Shown here: positions 1 through 9,163 of the stretch, piece after piece | Layout of the letters: each line of letters opens with the position of its first letter | Numbering within the stretch: the stretch's first letter is position 1 | Assembly (NCBI GenBank): GCA_031406795.1 | Contig: JANOHV010000007.1 | Span: 48,574-112,573 of the forward strand | Source of the DNA: Candidatus Rokuibacteriota bacterium | GTDB lineage: Bacteria; JAUVQV01; DATDCY01 | Direction of reading: 5' to 3' | DNA length: 64,000 nucleotides | Made by a program: the position numbers and the translations under genes | Notes under the pieces: generated by a model | Seen by the model: only the letters and a program-made list of their open reading frames with translations | Databases searched by the model: none | Told to the model about the DNA's origin: nothing

Positions 1-27
1 CATAGGGGCTCCTAACAGTTGAAGTGT

Positions 28-119
28 GTTTCAGCAAATGCTGAAACCACTATAAATACTGAAATTCGCGGGGTCAATAGAGTTTCAGTGATTTGGCATG
101 TTTCAGCGTGTGCTGAAAC
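28..119. repeat. Two copies of the palindromic motif GTTTCAGCA-N2/4-TGCTGAAAC (28-47 and 100-119) plus a half-site GTTTCAGTG (83-91). The same palindrome recurs at 9098-9116.
   Basis: Direct reading: gtttcagcaaatgctgaaac (28-47); gtttcagcgtgtgctgaaac (100-119). Both have perfect 8-9 bp inverted arms. Confidence 0.6.
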
Positions 120-182
120 ACTCATGAAGTCTTTTCTGTCTGAATACTCATGGCAGCCCCACGATTGCGGACCCCTCGATTC

Positions 183-1064
183 TTACGGCAAGGGGAACGT
201 AAGCGGAGTGCAACCGATTCCTCGCCAGAATCCAGCAATGGCGATGATGGTCGCTTCCACTTCCTCAAAGGTGCAACCGTCCTTCGGGATAACGCGGCTC
301 GCCTCGAAAGTGGCTCTTGTGACCGCCCAGTCTTCCATGAAGCTGTCCAATCCGGAGCAATCGACATAACGGGATTCGCAAGCGAGCTGAAACTCTTGGC
401 CCGCGATGGTCCAGAACTCGGTCTTGGAAATCGGTTTGGCCCTGATGATTCTGGTGAGATCGTACAGGTCCTTCACGCGGACGGCTTCCCCCGGCTTCTT
501 CATCTTTGCCCGATAGGCCGGCAGGGTGCTGAGATAGGCGCGGGCCTTTTCGCCGGCGATGCGTTCCAGGGTGTAGGCCCTGATCGGGACACCATCTATG
601 TCCAGGTCAGCGATCGACCGTTCAGACAACTCCTCGGGGGCCGCCACATCGATTTTAACATTCGGCAATCCCCTGCCACCGGCATGTTTGTGGTCGATCA
701 GGGAGACCGCAATGGCAAAGGCGTTCCATTCTCGGGGATGCTGCTTCTCCGGGCTCGACGCGATGCTCAATCTCTTCAGCTCGTACCGCACGGGGTCTTG
801 CGATTCGAAGTGCCGTGAAATAGCTCTCCCTATATGCTCCTCGAGGAAGGCCTTCTGTCCCTCCCTGTCGGGGTGCAGCTTCGCAAAATCCACGTCGAGA
901 TTGGCGTCGATGTCGAGGGACATCCTCGGCGTCCCCAGTCGCCGATTGAGGACCAAGGCCCCCTTGAAGACGAGGCTGTCCCTCAGGTCTCGACTCTTCG
1001 CCAACGCCAGCAGGATGTGGTTGATCGCCTCGAATCGCCATTCTTCCTGCTGAGATGGATTCAT
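183..1064 (-). CDS. abiEii: AbiEii/AbiGii-family nucleotidyltransferase toxin (DUF1814), type IV TA / abortive infection
   Basis: ORF 183..1175, trimmed to the internal ATG at 1064 (MNPSQQ...). Contains the FKGALVL motif (KGGTAL-like), an SLDID acidic motif and ERIAGEKARA typical of AbiEii. Its ATG lies 1 nt after the upstream gene's stop (TGAgATG). Confidence 0.75.
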   Translation of the reverse strand: MNPSQQEEWRFEAINHILLALAKSRDLRDSLVFKGALVLNRRLGTPRMSLDIDANLDVDFAKLHPDREGQKAFLEEHIGRAISRHFESQDPVRYELKRLSIASSPEKQHPREWNAFAIAVSLIDHKHAGGRGLPNVKIDVAAPEELSERSIADLDIDGVPIRAYTLERIAGEKARAYLSTLPAYRAKMKKPGEAVRVKDLYDLTRIIRAKPISKTEFWTIAGQEFQLACESRYVDCSGLDSFMEDWAVTRATFEASRVIPKDGCTFEEVEATIIAIAGFWRGIGCTPLTFPLP

Positions 1065-1065
1065 C

Positions 1066-2043
1066 TCAAGGCACCAGGACTTTCCACTCGGCGATCTCTC
1101 TGGAGTATGGAACCCCGCGCAGAAGGGGAATCCAGGGAGTCTCGGGCTGCTCCAGAACGGTTTTTTTCGTCGCATCGAGATACGAGCCGAGTGCGCCCGT
1201 CGCCGGGATCCCGAGAAGCTCGAAGAGGGCGCCCACCCGCCGCGTCAAAGGCGGAATCTGGATTGCCTTCAGGTAAGCGAGGTAGAGTTCCTCGTCGGTT
1301 GTTCCCGTTTGCCGCTCCCAGGACTCCAGAACCACCTCCGGCCCTCCGCAATGAAAGGGGTATTGCAGCGTATCCAGGAGGGTTTGCTCTATCGTCGCAA
1401 TGTGGATGTTCGTTGCCGGCCCGAGAACCCTCGTCTTGACGCCGGGGATGGATTTCCGGGAACGCTTCGTCGAATAAAAAGGCACACCGCCATAGGAGAA
1501 CACACGCGTCCCAAGTTTCGACCTCGCGGTGCTTCTAGGGGATGTGCTCAACTTCTCCGCGGACTTGGCGACTGACGAAGTTTTGTGTGTGACGAGGGAA
1601 GCGATGTGATGCGACGCGGGGATTTGCGTGGTCAGGTTGTAGTAGGCGAGCGCGCTGAAGTAACAGATCACCCCTTGTGGATCGTATGCCTGAAGCAGCT
1701 CCAGGGGATCGACTTGCAACTCTCGTGACTCCTGGATCCCGAGCAGGATGAAATCCCGCGAGGGACCCGGTCTCGAAACCTCCTCTATCGGGACATGGGA
1801 GGCCAGCCCCATCGAGACCAGGTGCTCGATGATCTTCTTTCCGGTGGGGAAGGTGGAAGGCAGATGCAACTCGCTCGCCGCCTCGCCGATGAGCTGGACG
1901 AGATTCTGCCTGGTGACGCATCGGACTGATGGGAGATCGGGCGTTGGCTGTGCCAGCCTGCCGGTGAGGGCCTTGAGGAATGGCTCCCAATGGGAATCAG
2001 CGAGGATGTCTGGTGTAGCTCTTGGTAAGAGGATTGTGCTCAT
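1066..2043 (-). CDS. abiEi: AbiEi-family antitoxin / transcriptional regulator
   Basis: ORF 1066..2115, trimmed to the ATG at 2043 (MSTILLPR...). ~325 aa, lies immediately upstream of abiEii with the stop and ATG adjacent, the usual AbiE operon arrangement. Confidence 0.65.
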   Translation of the reverse strand: MSTILLPRATPDILADSHWEPFLKALTGRLAQPTPDLPSVRCVTRQNLVQLIGEAASELHLPSTFPTGKKIIEHLVSMGLASHVPIEEVSRPGPSRDFILLGIQESRELQVDPLELLQAYDPQGVICYFSALAYYNLTTQIPASHHIASLVTHKTSSVAKSAEKLSTSPRSTARSKLGTRVFSYGGVPFYSTKRSRKSIPGVKTRVLGPATNIHIATIEQTLLDTLQYPFHCGGPEVVLESWERQTGTTDEELYLAYLKAIQIPPLTRRVGALFELLGIPATGALGSYLDATKKTVLEQPETPWIPLLRGVPYSREIAEWKVLVP

Positions 2044-2059
2044 GGTGTGTCTTTTGATG

Positions 2060-2104
2060 CCCTCCACTTGATACGCTTGCGAAGCAAGCGTATCAAGTGG
2101 AGGG
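2060..2104. repeat. Perfect palindrome: 21-bp arms around a GAA loop (CCCTCCACTTGATACGCTTGC-GAA-GCAAGCGTATCAAGTGGAGGG); its centre is the GCGAAGC mini-hairpin motif
   Basis: Seen directly, 17 bp upstream of the abiEi start. Confidence 0.9.
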
Positions 2105-2189
2105 CATCGCGTCAAGCCAAAAACATTGATGCCATAATATAGACAAATGTCTCATGGAGAAAGATGACGGCAGCTGGATACTCTAGCTA

Positions 2190-2242
2190 GATGAGACCCC
2201 GTTGATAGGCTGGCGAAGCCAGCCTATCAACGGGGTCTCATC
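2190..2242. repeat. Second perfect palindrome: 25-bp arms around a GAA loop (GATGAGACCCCGTTGATAGGCTGGC-GAA-GCCAGCCTATCAACGGGGTCTCATC). Shares the TTGATAsGCTkGC-GAA core with the first.
   Basis: Seen directly. The arms are related to but distinct from those of the 2060-2104 palindrome. Confidence 0.9.
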
Positions 2243-2444
2243 ATGTCAAGCCTAACCCGGCGCGTCCTGCATTTTCAACGGCAGCCTGGTTGGCGTCAGC
2301 CGGCTATGCCGGTGGCGCAGCATCCCTTGGCTTTTTCCTGAGCGGCAGGAACGCGAGGATGATTTCTCTCCGCGCGCGGACCTTACGTCCAACCCTGTCA
2401 AGAAGCCCGAGGCTGACGAGAGCGTTCACATCCCGTCGGCAAGA

Positions 2445-2579
2445 TCACCCAAAGATTAGCGAGATGAGCTGATCCTTGGTGATTTTTCTCTGGTCGGCAA
2501 TGTCGCCGAGCATCGCCGAGAGTGTTCCCACGCGGATCGGGTCATGATTCGGCACCGTGACATGGTGTTCAGGCGCTGA
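2445..2579 (-). pseudogene. HicA-like toxin remnant (C-terminal half only, no start codon, catalytic N-terminal half absent)
   Basis: Minus-strand frame reads ...HHVTVPNHDPIRVGTLSAMLGDIADQRK..., matching the HicA C-terminal pattern TVP-H...GTL..IL. It overlaps the 3' end of the HicB-like gene; there is no upstream ORF for the His-containing N-terminal half. Confidence 0.35.
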
Positions 2580-2775
2580 TCACTTCCTCGCGTACGAAGT
2601 GCAGACGGATAATCCGCGGCTCCTGCCCGGGTTCGAAGTGGCAGTGCACGGCATCACGAACATGGGTATGGAGTTGCTCGACGGAGTCCGCCTCGGTGAA
2701 TATGGATACTCCGAGAGCTCGCGCCTCATAGCCGCCCTCGGAGGATTCCGACACCATGAAAATCAGTTCGTTCAT
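2569..2775 (-). CDS. HicB-like / UPF0150-family antitoxin-like small protein (68 aa)
   Basis: Sequence LIFMVSESSEGGYEARALGVSIFTEADSVEQLHTHVRDAVHCHF resembles the HicB N-terminal domain (..EDGGYVVSVPDLPGCHTQGDTLEEALENAKEAI..). Its start overlaps the hsdS stop. Confidence 0.45.
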   Translation of the reverse strand: MNELIFMVSESSEGGYEARALGVSIFTEADSVEQLHTHVRDAVHCHFEPGQEPRIIRLHFVREEVISA

Positions 2776-4379
2776 CGTCTCCTCCCAATCAATTCGTCAA
2801 TCTTTGCCACAATCCGGTGCTGTTCGGCGATGGGAGGAATTGGGATCCGTACCAACTTTAGATTGGAGGCGCTGATACCCCAATTCCCAACCGTCGTCGC
2901 ACAATAAGTTTCTATGTCTTCACGTACTACTGCTGATTTAGCAAACCATCGAACAAGTTCCGGAAGGACGATCCTTGTAGACAAACGGAGGCGGATAAGC
3001 TTATCCGGAAAGATCTGACGTAAACCCAGGTAGCCGGTGTACAGGGAAAGGCGACCTACAAAGTCTCGATTACCATTGAAACGGCATGCCAGGAGATCAC
3101 CGGGTTTTAGGCTGAATTGCTCCTGGAGTTTGCGAGTTATCCCGCCAATGAGTTTATATTCTTCTTCAGCAACAATTCCGTCTCTTCTGATTGTCCCAGC
3201 GCTAATACGAAGGATCGGAACTCCATTTGTTGCCTCGTCTGGCTTCTTGGAATATCCGTTTCGGGAGTCGTCAAGGAGTATGTCCTCAATCCTGACCCAT
3301 TCCCAACCAGACGGAAGCTGAAGAGGTTGAATCTTCCCACCTTCTTGGGTCACCGATTCCTGACGTATCGCTCGGTCTGCTGATTTTAGTTGATCGTTCG
3401 CTGAACGTGTCCGCCCCAAAAGGGTAGCGACAGGCTCGTTCCTTGAATCCTGGGGGACGAGTTTGCCGCGAACGGCTAGGTTTAGGATGGTTTTGCGGAG
3501 TTGGTGGATGTGTTCGGGACGGGTGGTGAGGCGCGGGAGGTAGTTGAAGTAGAAGCGGGCGCTCTCCTCGAAGGTGGTGGGGGCGCCGGGTGTCTGGGTG
3601 GCGTCGCCGTTGTTCAGGCCGTGGAGAGTTGCCGCCACCAGGCGGTCGCGGCGCTTCTCGCGTTTGGTTTGCGCCGCCTCCAGTTCGTCGCACAGCGCCA
3701 TCAGCTCGTCCACCTTCGCCACGATTCGGCGTTGCTCGGCGAGGGGCGGAAGTGGAATTGCCGCGGCTCTTAGAAGTTTGAAATGGCGACCATACCCACG
3801 GCTGTCCAGTGGCAACCATCTGAGCGCGAGATAGTAAAATTCTGTCAGCACGCCAAGGGGATGAAGGAGTTTCACGCCATCTGCCCCGACTACGAAGTCA
3901 AAGTCGATTAGTTTTGTTTCTCGTGTATGGTCACCAAACAGGATGATCGGCGCATCAACATGGATGACTTTATGCTGATCGTTGCAATAACCCCTGATGA
4001 AAACCTTGCCTTGGTCGACTACAGGGAAAGCACCCGATTCCAAAACATCCTTTGTCTGAACCTTTTTCCCCATGTCCGAGATCAGATATGCTGGAAAAGT
4101 GGCAGGAACCCATTCCCATGTCGGCGGAATCTCGAACGGCATCTCTGATCTTTCAATCGACTCGAACGGCTCTTGGCTTCTGATCTCCCCGGCCTTCACC
4201 AGCTTCGTTTTCTCAGCCTGAATTTGTTTCAGCAACTCCCCCGCCGGCTCATCCTTCGGATCCTGCTCCACGAGCTTTCCGCGCACGGCCAGATCCAGGA
4301 TGAATCTTCGGAGGCGCGGGACGGCCTCGGGGGTGTCGATGAGACGATCGAAATGTTCGAGGAGGCGGGCGGGACTCAT
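2772..4379 (-). CDS. hsdS: Type I restriction-modification specificity subunit HsdS (two target-recognition domains)
   Basis: Long ORF 2772..4793; the real start is ATG 4379 (MSPARLLEHFDRL...), which overlaps the hsdM stop as ATGA. Shows the conserved HsdS repeat LAEQRRIVAKVDELMALCDELE / IAEQHRIVAKIDELIGRRR after each TRD. Confidence 0.85.
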   Translation of the reverse strand: MSPARLLEHFDRLIDTPEAVPRLRRFILDLAVRGKLVEQDPKDEPAGELLKQIQAEKTKLVKAGEIRSQEPFESIERSEMPFEIPPTWEWVPATFPAYLISDMGKKVQTKDVLESGAFPVVDQGKVFIRGYCNDQHKVIHVDAPIILFGDHTRETKLIDFDFVVGADGVKLLHPLGVLTEFYYLALRWLPLDSRGYGRHFKLLRAAAIPLPPLAEQRRIVAKVDELMALCDELEAAQTKREKRRDRLVAATLHGLNNGDATQTPGAPTTFEESARFYFNYLPRLTTRPEHIHQLRKTILNLAVRGKLVPQDSRNEPVATLLGRTRSANDQLKSADRAIRQESVTQEGGKIQPLQLPSGWEWVRIEDILLDDSRNGYSKKPDEATNGVPILRISAGTIRRDGIVAEEEYKLIGGITRKLQEQFSLKPGDLLACRFNGNRDFVGRLSLYTGYLGLRQIFPDKLIRLRLSTRIVLPELVRWFAKSAVVREDIETYCATTVGNWGISASNLKLVRIPIPPIAEQHRIVAKIDELIGRRR

Positions 4380-5815
4380 CGCAGCAGCGCCTGCTCCAGA
4401 ATGGCCTTGAGTTTGTCGCGGAGCTTTGCCGTCGCGGCCTCGCTCTCGTTGAGTTTGGCGAGCAGCTCGGCGGGATCGCCGTGGTCTTCCTCGACGGTGT
4501 GGGGATTCTTGATGTCGAGGTTGTAGCCGCGGGCCTTGATGTCGTCGATCGTGACCTTCCAGGCGATCTCGTTCTTCTCGCGCTTGTCCCACCAGTCGAT
4601 GCAGGGCTTGAAGTGCTCGAAGCGGATCGGCCTGGTCATGGAGTAGGCCTTCTGGCCGTCGGGGACGCGGTGCTCGTAGAACCAGACGGTTTGGGTCGGC
4701 GTCCCCTTCTCGAAGAAGAGCAGGTTGGTGCCGATGGAGGCGTAGGGCTTGAAGACGCTGTTGGGCAGCCGGACGATGGTGTGGAGGTTGCACTCCTCCA
4801 GCAGGTGCTCCTTGAGGCGCGTCTTGACCCCCTCGCCGAAGAGCGTGCCGTCGGGCAAGACCACGGCGGCGCGGCCCTGGGACTTGAGCAGGCGCACGAT
4901 GAGGGCGAGGAAGAGGTCGGCGGTCTCGCGCGTCTGGAACTGCTACGGGAAGTTGCTCTCGATGCCGTCTTCCTCGCGGCCACCGAAGGGGGGATTGGTC
5001 AGGACGATGTCCACCCGGTCGGACTGGGTGTAGCTGGTGTAGGGGCGCGCCAGGGTGTTGTCGTGACGGACGAAGGAGGGGTCCTCGATGCCGTGGAGCA
5101 GCATGTTCGTCACGCAGAGCATGTGCGGGAGCTGTTTCTTCTCGGTGGCGCGCAGGGCTCCCTGCATCTTACGTTCGGCGGCCGGGGTCTTCACGTAGCG
5201 CTCGCGCATGTGGCGGATGGCGCAGGTGAGGAAGCCGCCGGTGCCGCATGCGGGATCGTAGAGGATCTCGCCGGGCTTCGGGTCGATGCGGTCGGCCATG
5301 AAGGCGGTGACGGCGCGCGGGGTGTAGTACTCGCCCGCGTTGCCGGCGCTCTGGAGGTCGGTGAGGACCTGTTCGTAGATGTCGCCGAAGTGCTGACGCT
5401 CGCTGAGGTTGTTGAAGTCGATGCCGTTGATCTTGTTGATCACCTGGCGCATCAGCTGACCGGACTTCATGCAGTTGTAGGCGTCCTCGAAGACGTCGCG
5501 CACGACGCGGCGCCGGCCGTCCCGGGCGACGCCGGAGAGTTCCTTAAGGGTCGGGAAGAGCTTGTCGTTGATGAAGGCGAGCAGCGCATCGCCGGTCAGC
5601 CCCTCGGGGTCGGCGGCCCAGGCGCGCCACTGGAGCTTGGCCGGGATCGGCGAGCGGTAGCCCTTCTGGAGCTGCTCCAGCTCCTGGTCCTGGTCGTCGA
5701 TGATCTTGAGGAAGAACATCCAGCAGAGCTGGGAGATGCGCTGGGCGTCGCCGTCGACGCCGACGTCCTGGCGAATGATGTCCTGGATGGATTTGACGGT
5801 GGTGCGGACGGACAA
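4376..5815 (-). pseudogene. hsdM: Type I R-M N6-adenine methyltransferase HsdM, interrupted by one in-frame amber codon (TAG at 4943-4945)
   Basis: ORFs 4943..5815 (HsdM N-terminal domain, ..TNPPFGGREEDGIESNFP*) and 4376..4897 (..GRAAVVLPDGTLFGEG..) are in the same frame. Reading through the TAG gives FP*QFQTRETADLFLALIVRLLKSQGRAAVVLPDG, a colinear HsdM. TTG start with AAGGAAGAG SD. Confidence 0.7.
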
Positions 5816-5871
5816 GCTGCTTCCCTCGCTCTTCCTTCTTCGGATATTGCCAGGAGTCGACTTTCCCAGGC

Positions 5872-6165
5872 TCAGGCGCGGTCGATCCAGTACGACGGTT
5901 TGCGATGCAAATGCGCTACGGCAACCACAATCAGCGTTTCGCCATCCAGGCCGTTGATCATTCCGTAAGGGAAACGATTTAGCAGACAGCGCCGCAGTCC
6001 AGGATCGATCTCCGGGCAGCCGAGAGGAAAGGTAACCGATCTGCGGATCGCGCGATCGAACTCGTCGAGGAAGTCGTACCCGAGGTTGACTGCCTGCGTA
6101 TTGTACCAGACGAAAGCGTCGTCAAGTTCATGCTGGGCGGCCGCGAGAAGCCGGACTTCATGGAT
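5872..6165 (-). CDS. RelE/ParE-family toxin; lacks a canonical start codon (frame opens with ATC ACC ATC CAT GAA...)
   Basis: Minus-strand frame not in the ORF track: IHEVRLLAAAQHELDDAFVWYNTQAVNLGYDFLDEFDRAIRRSVTFPLGCPEIDPGLRRCLLNRFPYGMINGLDGETLIVVAVAHLHRKPSYWIDRA, a typical ParE/RelE. No ATG/GTG/TTG between the upstream stop and the conserved N-terminus. The listed ORF 5979..6161 is the wrong, S/T-rich frame. Confidence 0.5.
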   Translation of the reverse strand: MHEVRLLAAAQHELDDAFVWYNTQAVNLGYDFLDEFDRAIRRSVTFPLGCPEIDPGLRRCLLNRFPYGMINGLDGETLIVVAVAHLHRKPSYWIDRA

Positions 6166-6379
6166 GGTGATACTTGCCCATCACGGTCTGATAGTCTTCA
6201 GAGGCCGTCCGGCCGCCCAAGTATACGGCCCAGCGCTTGCGGGCTTCATCCGCCCAGATCCGATCAATCTCTGGGTCTGGCTTGTCCAAGTCCGTGAGGA
6301 TCGATTCCACGAGGTGCAACTTCTCCATGTCGGACAACGCACGGATCTCCTCTGCCAATTTCTCAGTTGAAGTCGTCAT
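6158..6379 (-). CDS. Putative addiction-module antitoxin (TIGR02574-like small acidic protein), partner of the ParE/RelE toxin
   Basis: 73 aa, MTTSTEKLAEEIRALSDMEKLHLVESILTDLDKPDPEIDRIWADEARKRW..., overlapping the toxin frame by 8 nt. SD aaggagag upstream. Confidence 0.6.
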   Translation of the reverse strand: MTTSTEKLAEEIRALSDMEKLHLVESILTDLDKPDPEIDRIWADEARKRWAVYLGGRTASEDYQTVMGKYHHP

Positions 6380-6532
6380 TGCGTCTCTCCTTGTTCGCTG
6401 TGTACCTCAATATAATCGAGGCTCCTGCAAATGTCTTGCTTGTGGTTCGACAGGCCCACCACGAACGGGATTATCGCTGAAGAATCAATATTCCGCCGTT
6501 CGCCCTGAGCAAGCGAAGGGTAATAACTATAC

Positions 6533-8997
6533 CTATGCAACGGCGTAGAGGGCGGATTGGAGTTCGTGGACGGCCCGCTCGAAGCCCTCTCGGCCGCCGA
6601 AGCGCCGCAGGAGCTGGACCGGGGTGCCCATGGTATCGAAAGGGGCGATCTTGAGGATCTGCGGGTCGTCGAGATCGGCAATCCCCTGGTCCTGGTACTT
6701 CTGCAGCAGCGCTTCGAGCACGGCGCGGGCCTGTTCGCCGTAGCGGGTGAAAACGTCGCGCTTGCGGACGCTGTCGACGCGCTCGCGCCGGGTGAGCGGC
6801 GGCTGGTCGAAGGCGACGTGGCAGATCAGGTCGAAGGCATCGAGGTCTTTCCCCACCTCGTCCGCGAGCGGCTCCAGCAAGAGACCCTCGTTTTCCAACT
6901 CCTCGATGACCGCTTCCTTGCGCTCGGCGGTGTTCCAGCGCCCGAGGAAGTCATCGAGGCTGGCGAAGTGCTTGCGCAGCGTGCGCTTGGAGTAGTCGCG
7001 GAGGCTCTCGGTGACGAGCTTCCCGTTTTCGTCGAGGTATTCGATGCGCTCGGTAAGGATGCGGACCTCGTGGCCGCGGATGAAGTACTTGGACGGGTGC
7101 TCGTTGGCGTTGCCGGGAGGAAGGCTGATATCAGGAGGCCAGGGCTGGCCGTCGACGATTACTTCGTCGTTGCCCGGTTCGGGCGGAATAGGGTCTTCAT
7201 CATCGACAGGCGGCGGCACATCGTCCGGTGGACTGACCGGATCCCCATCCCCCGGCTCGTAGATCTGCACCGGCTCGCCGTCGAAGTCCGGATCGGCAAA
7301 GTGGTTCGTGGCCTTGCGGAAATCGATCAGCGTGAAATAGAACTTCTTCGTGTCCTCATGCACGCGGGTGCCGCGCCCGACGATCTGCTTGAACTCGGTC
7401 ATGGAGCCGACTTCACGATCGAGCACGATCAGCCGGCAGGTCTGGGCGTCGACGCCGGTGGAGAGCAGCCGCGAGGTGGTGACGATCACCGGAAATCTCG
7501 CTTCAGGGTCGATGAAATTGCCGAGCGCGCCTGGCCCTCGGGGTCGTCGCCCGTGATGCGCATGACGTAGCGCGGGTTCTGGAGCGTCAGGTCCTGGTTT
7601 TCGTTGATCAGCGCCTGACGCATCCGGGCGGCGTGTTCGGTGTCCACGCAGAAGATGATGGTCTTCTGATAGCGATCGCCGCTCTCCCTCAGGAACTCGG
7701 TCACCCGGCGGGCGACGCGCTTCGTGCGCTCGTCGATCACGAGATTGCGGTCGAAATCCTTCTGGTTATAAATCCGGTCTTCAATCTCGTAGCCGTACGT
7801 GTCGGTCTCGCCGCGGGTGGGGCGATAGCCCTCCACATCGACGTCGAAGTGGACCTTCACCGCCTTGTAGGGCGCGAGGAAGCCGTCGCGGATCCCTTCT
7901 CTGAGCGAGTAGGTGTATACCGGTTCGCCGAAGTAGTGGATGTTGGAGACGTATTCGGTCTCTTTCGGCGTGGCGGTGAGACCGATCTGCGTGGCGGAGG
8001 AGAAATGGTCGAGGATCTCGCGCCAAGCGGAATCCGCTGCCGCACTGCCGCGGTGGCATTCGTCGATGACAATGAGGTCGAAGAAATCGGGAGAAAGTTC
8101 GCGGAAGAGCTTCTGGCGCTCCTCCGGGCCGGTGATTGCCTGGTAGAGGGCGAGGTAGATCTCGTAGGAGGTGTCGATGCGCCGCTGCTTGCGATCAACG
8201 GCGGTGGGGAGCCGGACCTCGCTGCCGTCCTCGCGTTCGATGGTCTTCGAGGATGTGCTGAGCTTGGCCATCGCGGCGCCGAAGGGACGGAAGTCGTTGA
8301 CCATCGTCTGGTCGATCAGAACGTTGCGGTCGGCGAGGTAGAGAATGCGCTTTCTGCGGCCGGCCTTCCAGAGGCGCCAGATGATCTGAAAGGCCGTGTA
8401 CGTCTTTCCGGTTCCGGTGGCCATGACGAGGAGGAGGCGATTCTGTCCCGCTGCGATGGCCTCGATGGCCTTGTTGATCGCGATGCGCTGGTAGTATCGC
8501 GGCTCCGTGCCTCCCGGATCCTCGTAGTAATTCTGGAGGACGACCTCCTCCTGGGCTGGTGCGAGGCTCTTCCAAGTTCGATATCTGGACCAAAGCCTTT
8601 CGGGGGAGGGAAAGGCGTCGAGGGAAAGGTTCGTCTCGGTCTGCTCGCCGAGGCCGGTCCGGTCGTGGAAGACAAAGCCGCTGCCGTTGGATGTAAAGAC
8701 GAACGGGATATCGAGGGTAGTCGCGTATTCCAGAGCCTGCTGCATCCCGGCGCCGACGGCGTTGTTGCCGTCCTTGGCCTCGATCAGTGCGAGGGGGATG
8801 TTCGGCTTGTGGTAGAGGATGTAATCGGCCCGTTTGGCCTTGCCCCGGGTGACCAGCTTGCCGCGGACGATGATCCGCCCTTTGGTGAACCCGACCTCCT
8901 CGCGAATCTGGGAATGGACATCCCATCCCGCTTTGACAAGAGCGGGAGTGATGAACTTGGTGCAGATGTCCCGCTCGCTGAGGTCCTTTACGGCCAT
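6533..8997 (-). pseudogene. hsdR: Type I restriction endonuclease subunit HsdR, frameshifted near 7486-7490
   Basis: N-part ORF 7486..8997 has helicase motifs ([19 protein letters not shown]) and ends ..[10 protein letters not shown]-part ORF 6533..7489 (GTG start) continues IVTTSRLLSTGVDAQTC..QIVGRGTR in a different frame (8997-7489 is not a multiple of 3). No slippery site or homopolymer at the junction. Confidence 0.7.
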
Positions 8998-9097
8998 AGA
9001 GCCATATCCACCTCTGTTTTCAATGAGTTCGAGCGATTTTGCGGTCGGGATAACGGACTGTCAAGCAGGAACGCCAACAATTTCATTATTTCTGGCT

Positions 9098-9116
9098 GTT
9101 TCAGCATTTGCTGAAA
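9098..9116. promoter_or_regulatory. Palindrome GTTTCAGCA-TT-TGCTGAAA, ~90 bp upstream of the hsdR start; reverse complement of the 28-47 site
   Basis: Seen directly in the hsdR 5' intergenic region (8998-9163). Confidence 0.5.
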
Positions 9117-9163
9117 TGAAGGTGATGTCTTTTCGAGCCGGATAGCAATGAGGAGCAGGGGGC

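Noticed and set aside
4376-5815. Interpreting hsdM as two separate genes, or as stop-codon readthrough/recoding
   Set aside because: The two pieces are in frame and colinear with HsdM across a single TAG, and TAG is used as an ordinary stop elsewhere (e.g. mntA). A nonsense mutation or sequencing error is the simpler reading.
5979-6161. Listed 60-aa ORF as the toxin partner of the 6158..6379 antitoxin
   Set aside because: Wrong frame (S/T-rich, no family match). The ParE/RelE toxin lies in the adjacent minus-strand frame, which has no canonical start.
7480-7495. Programmed ribosomal frameshift joining the two hsdR ORFs
   Set aside because: No slippery heptamer, homopolymer or downstream structure at the junction; an indel pseudogene or sequencing error is more likely.
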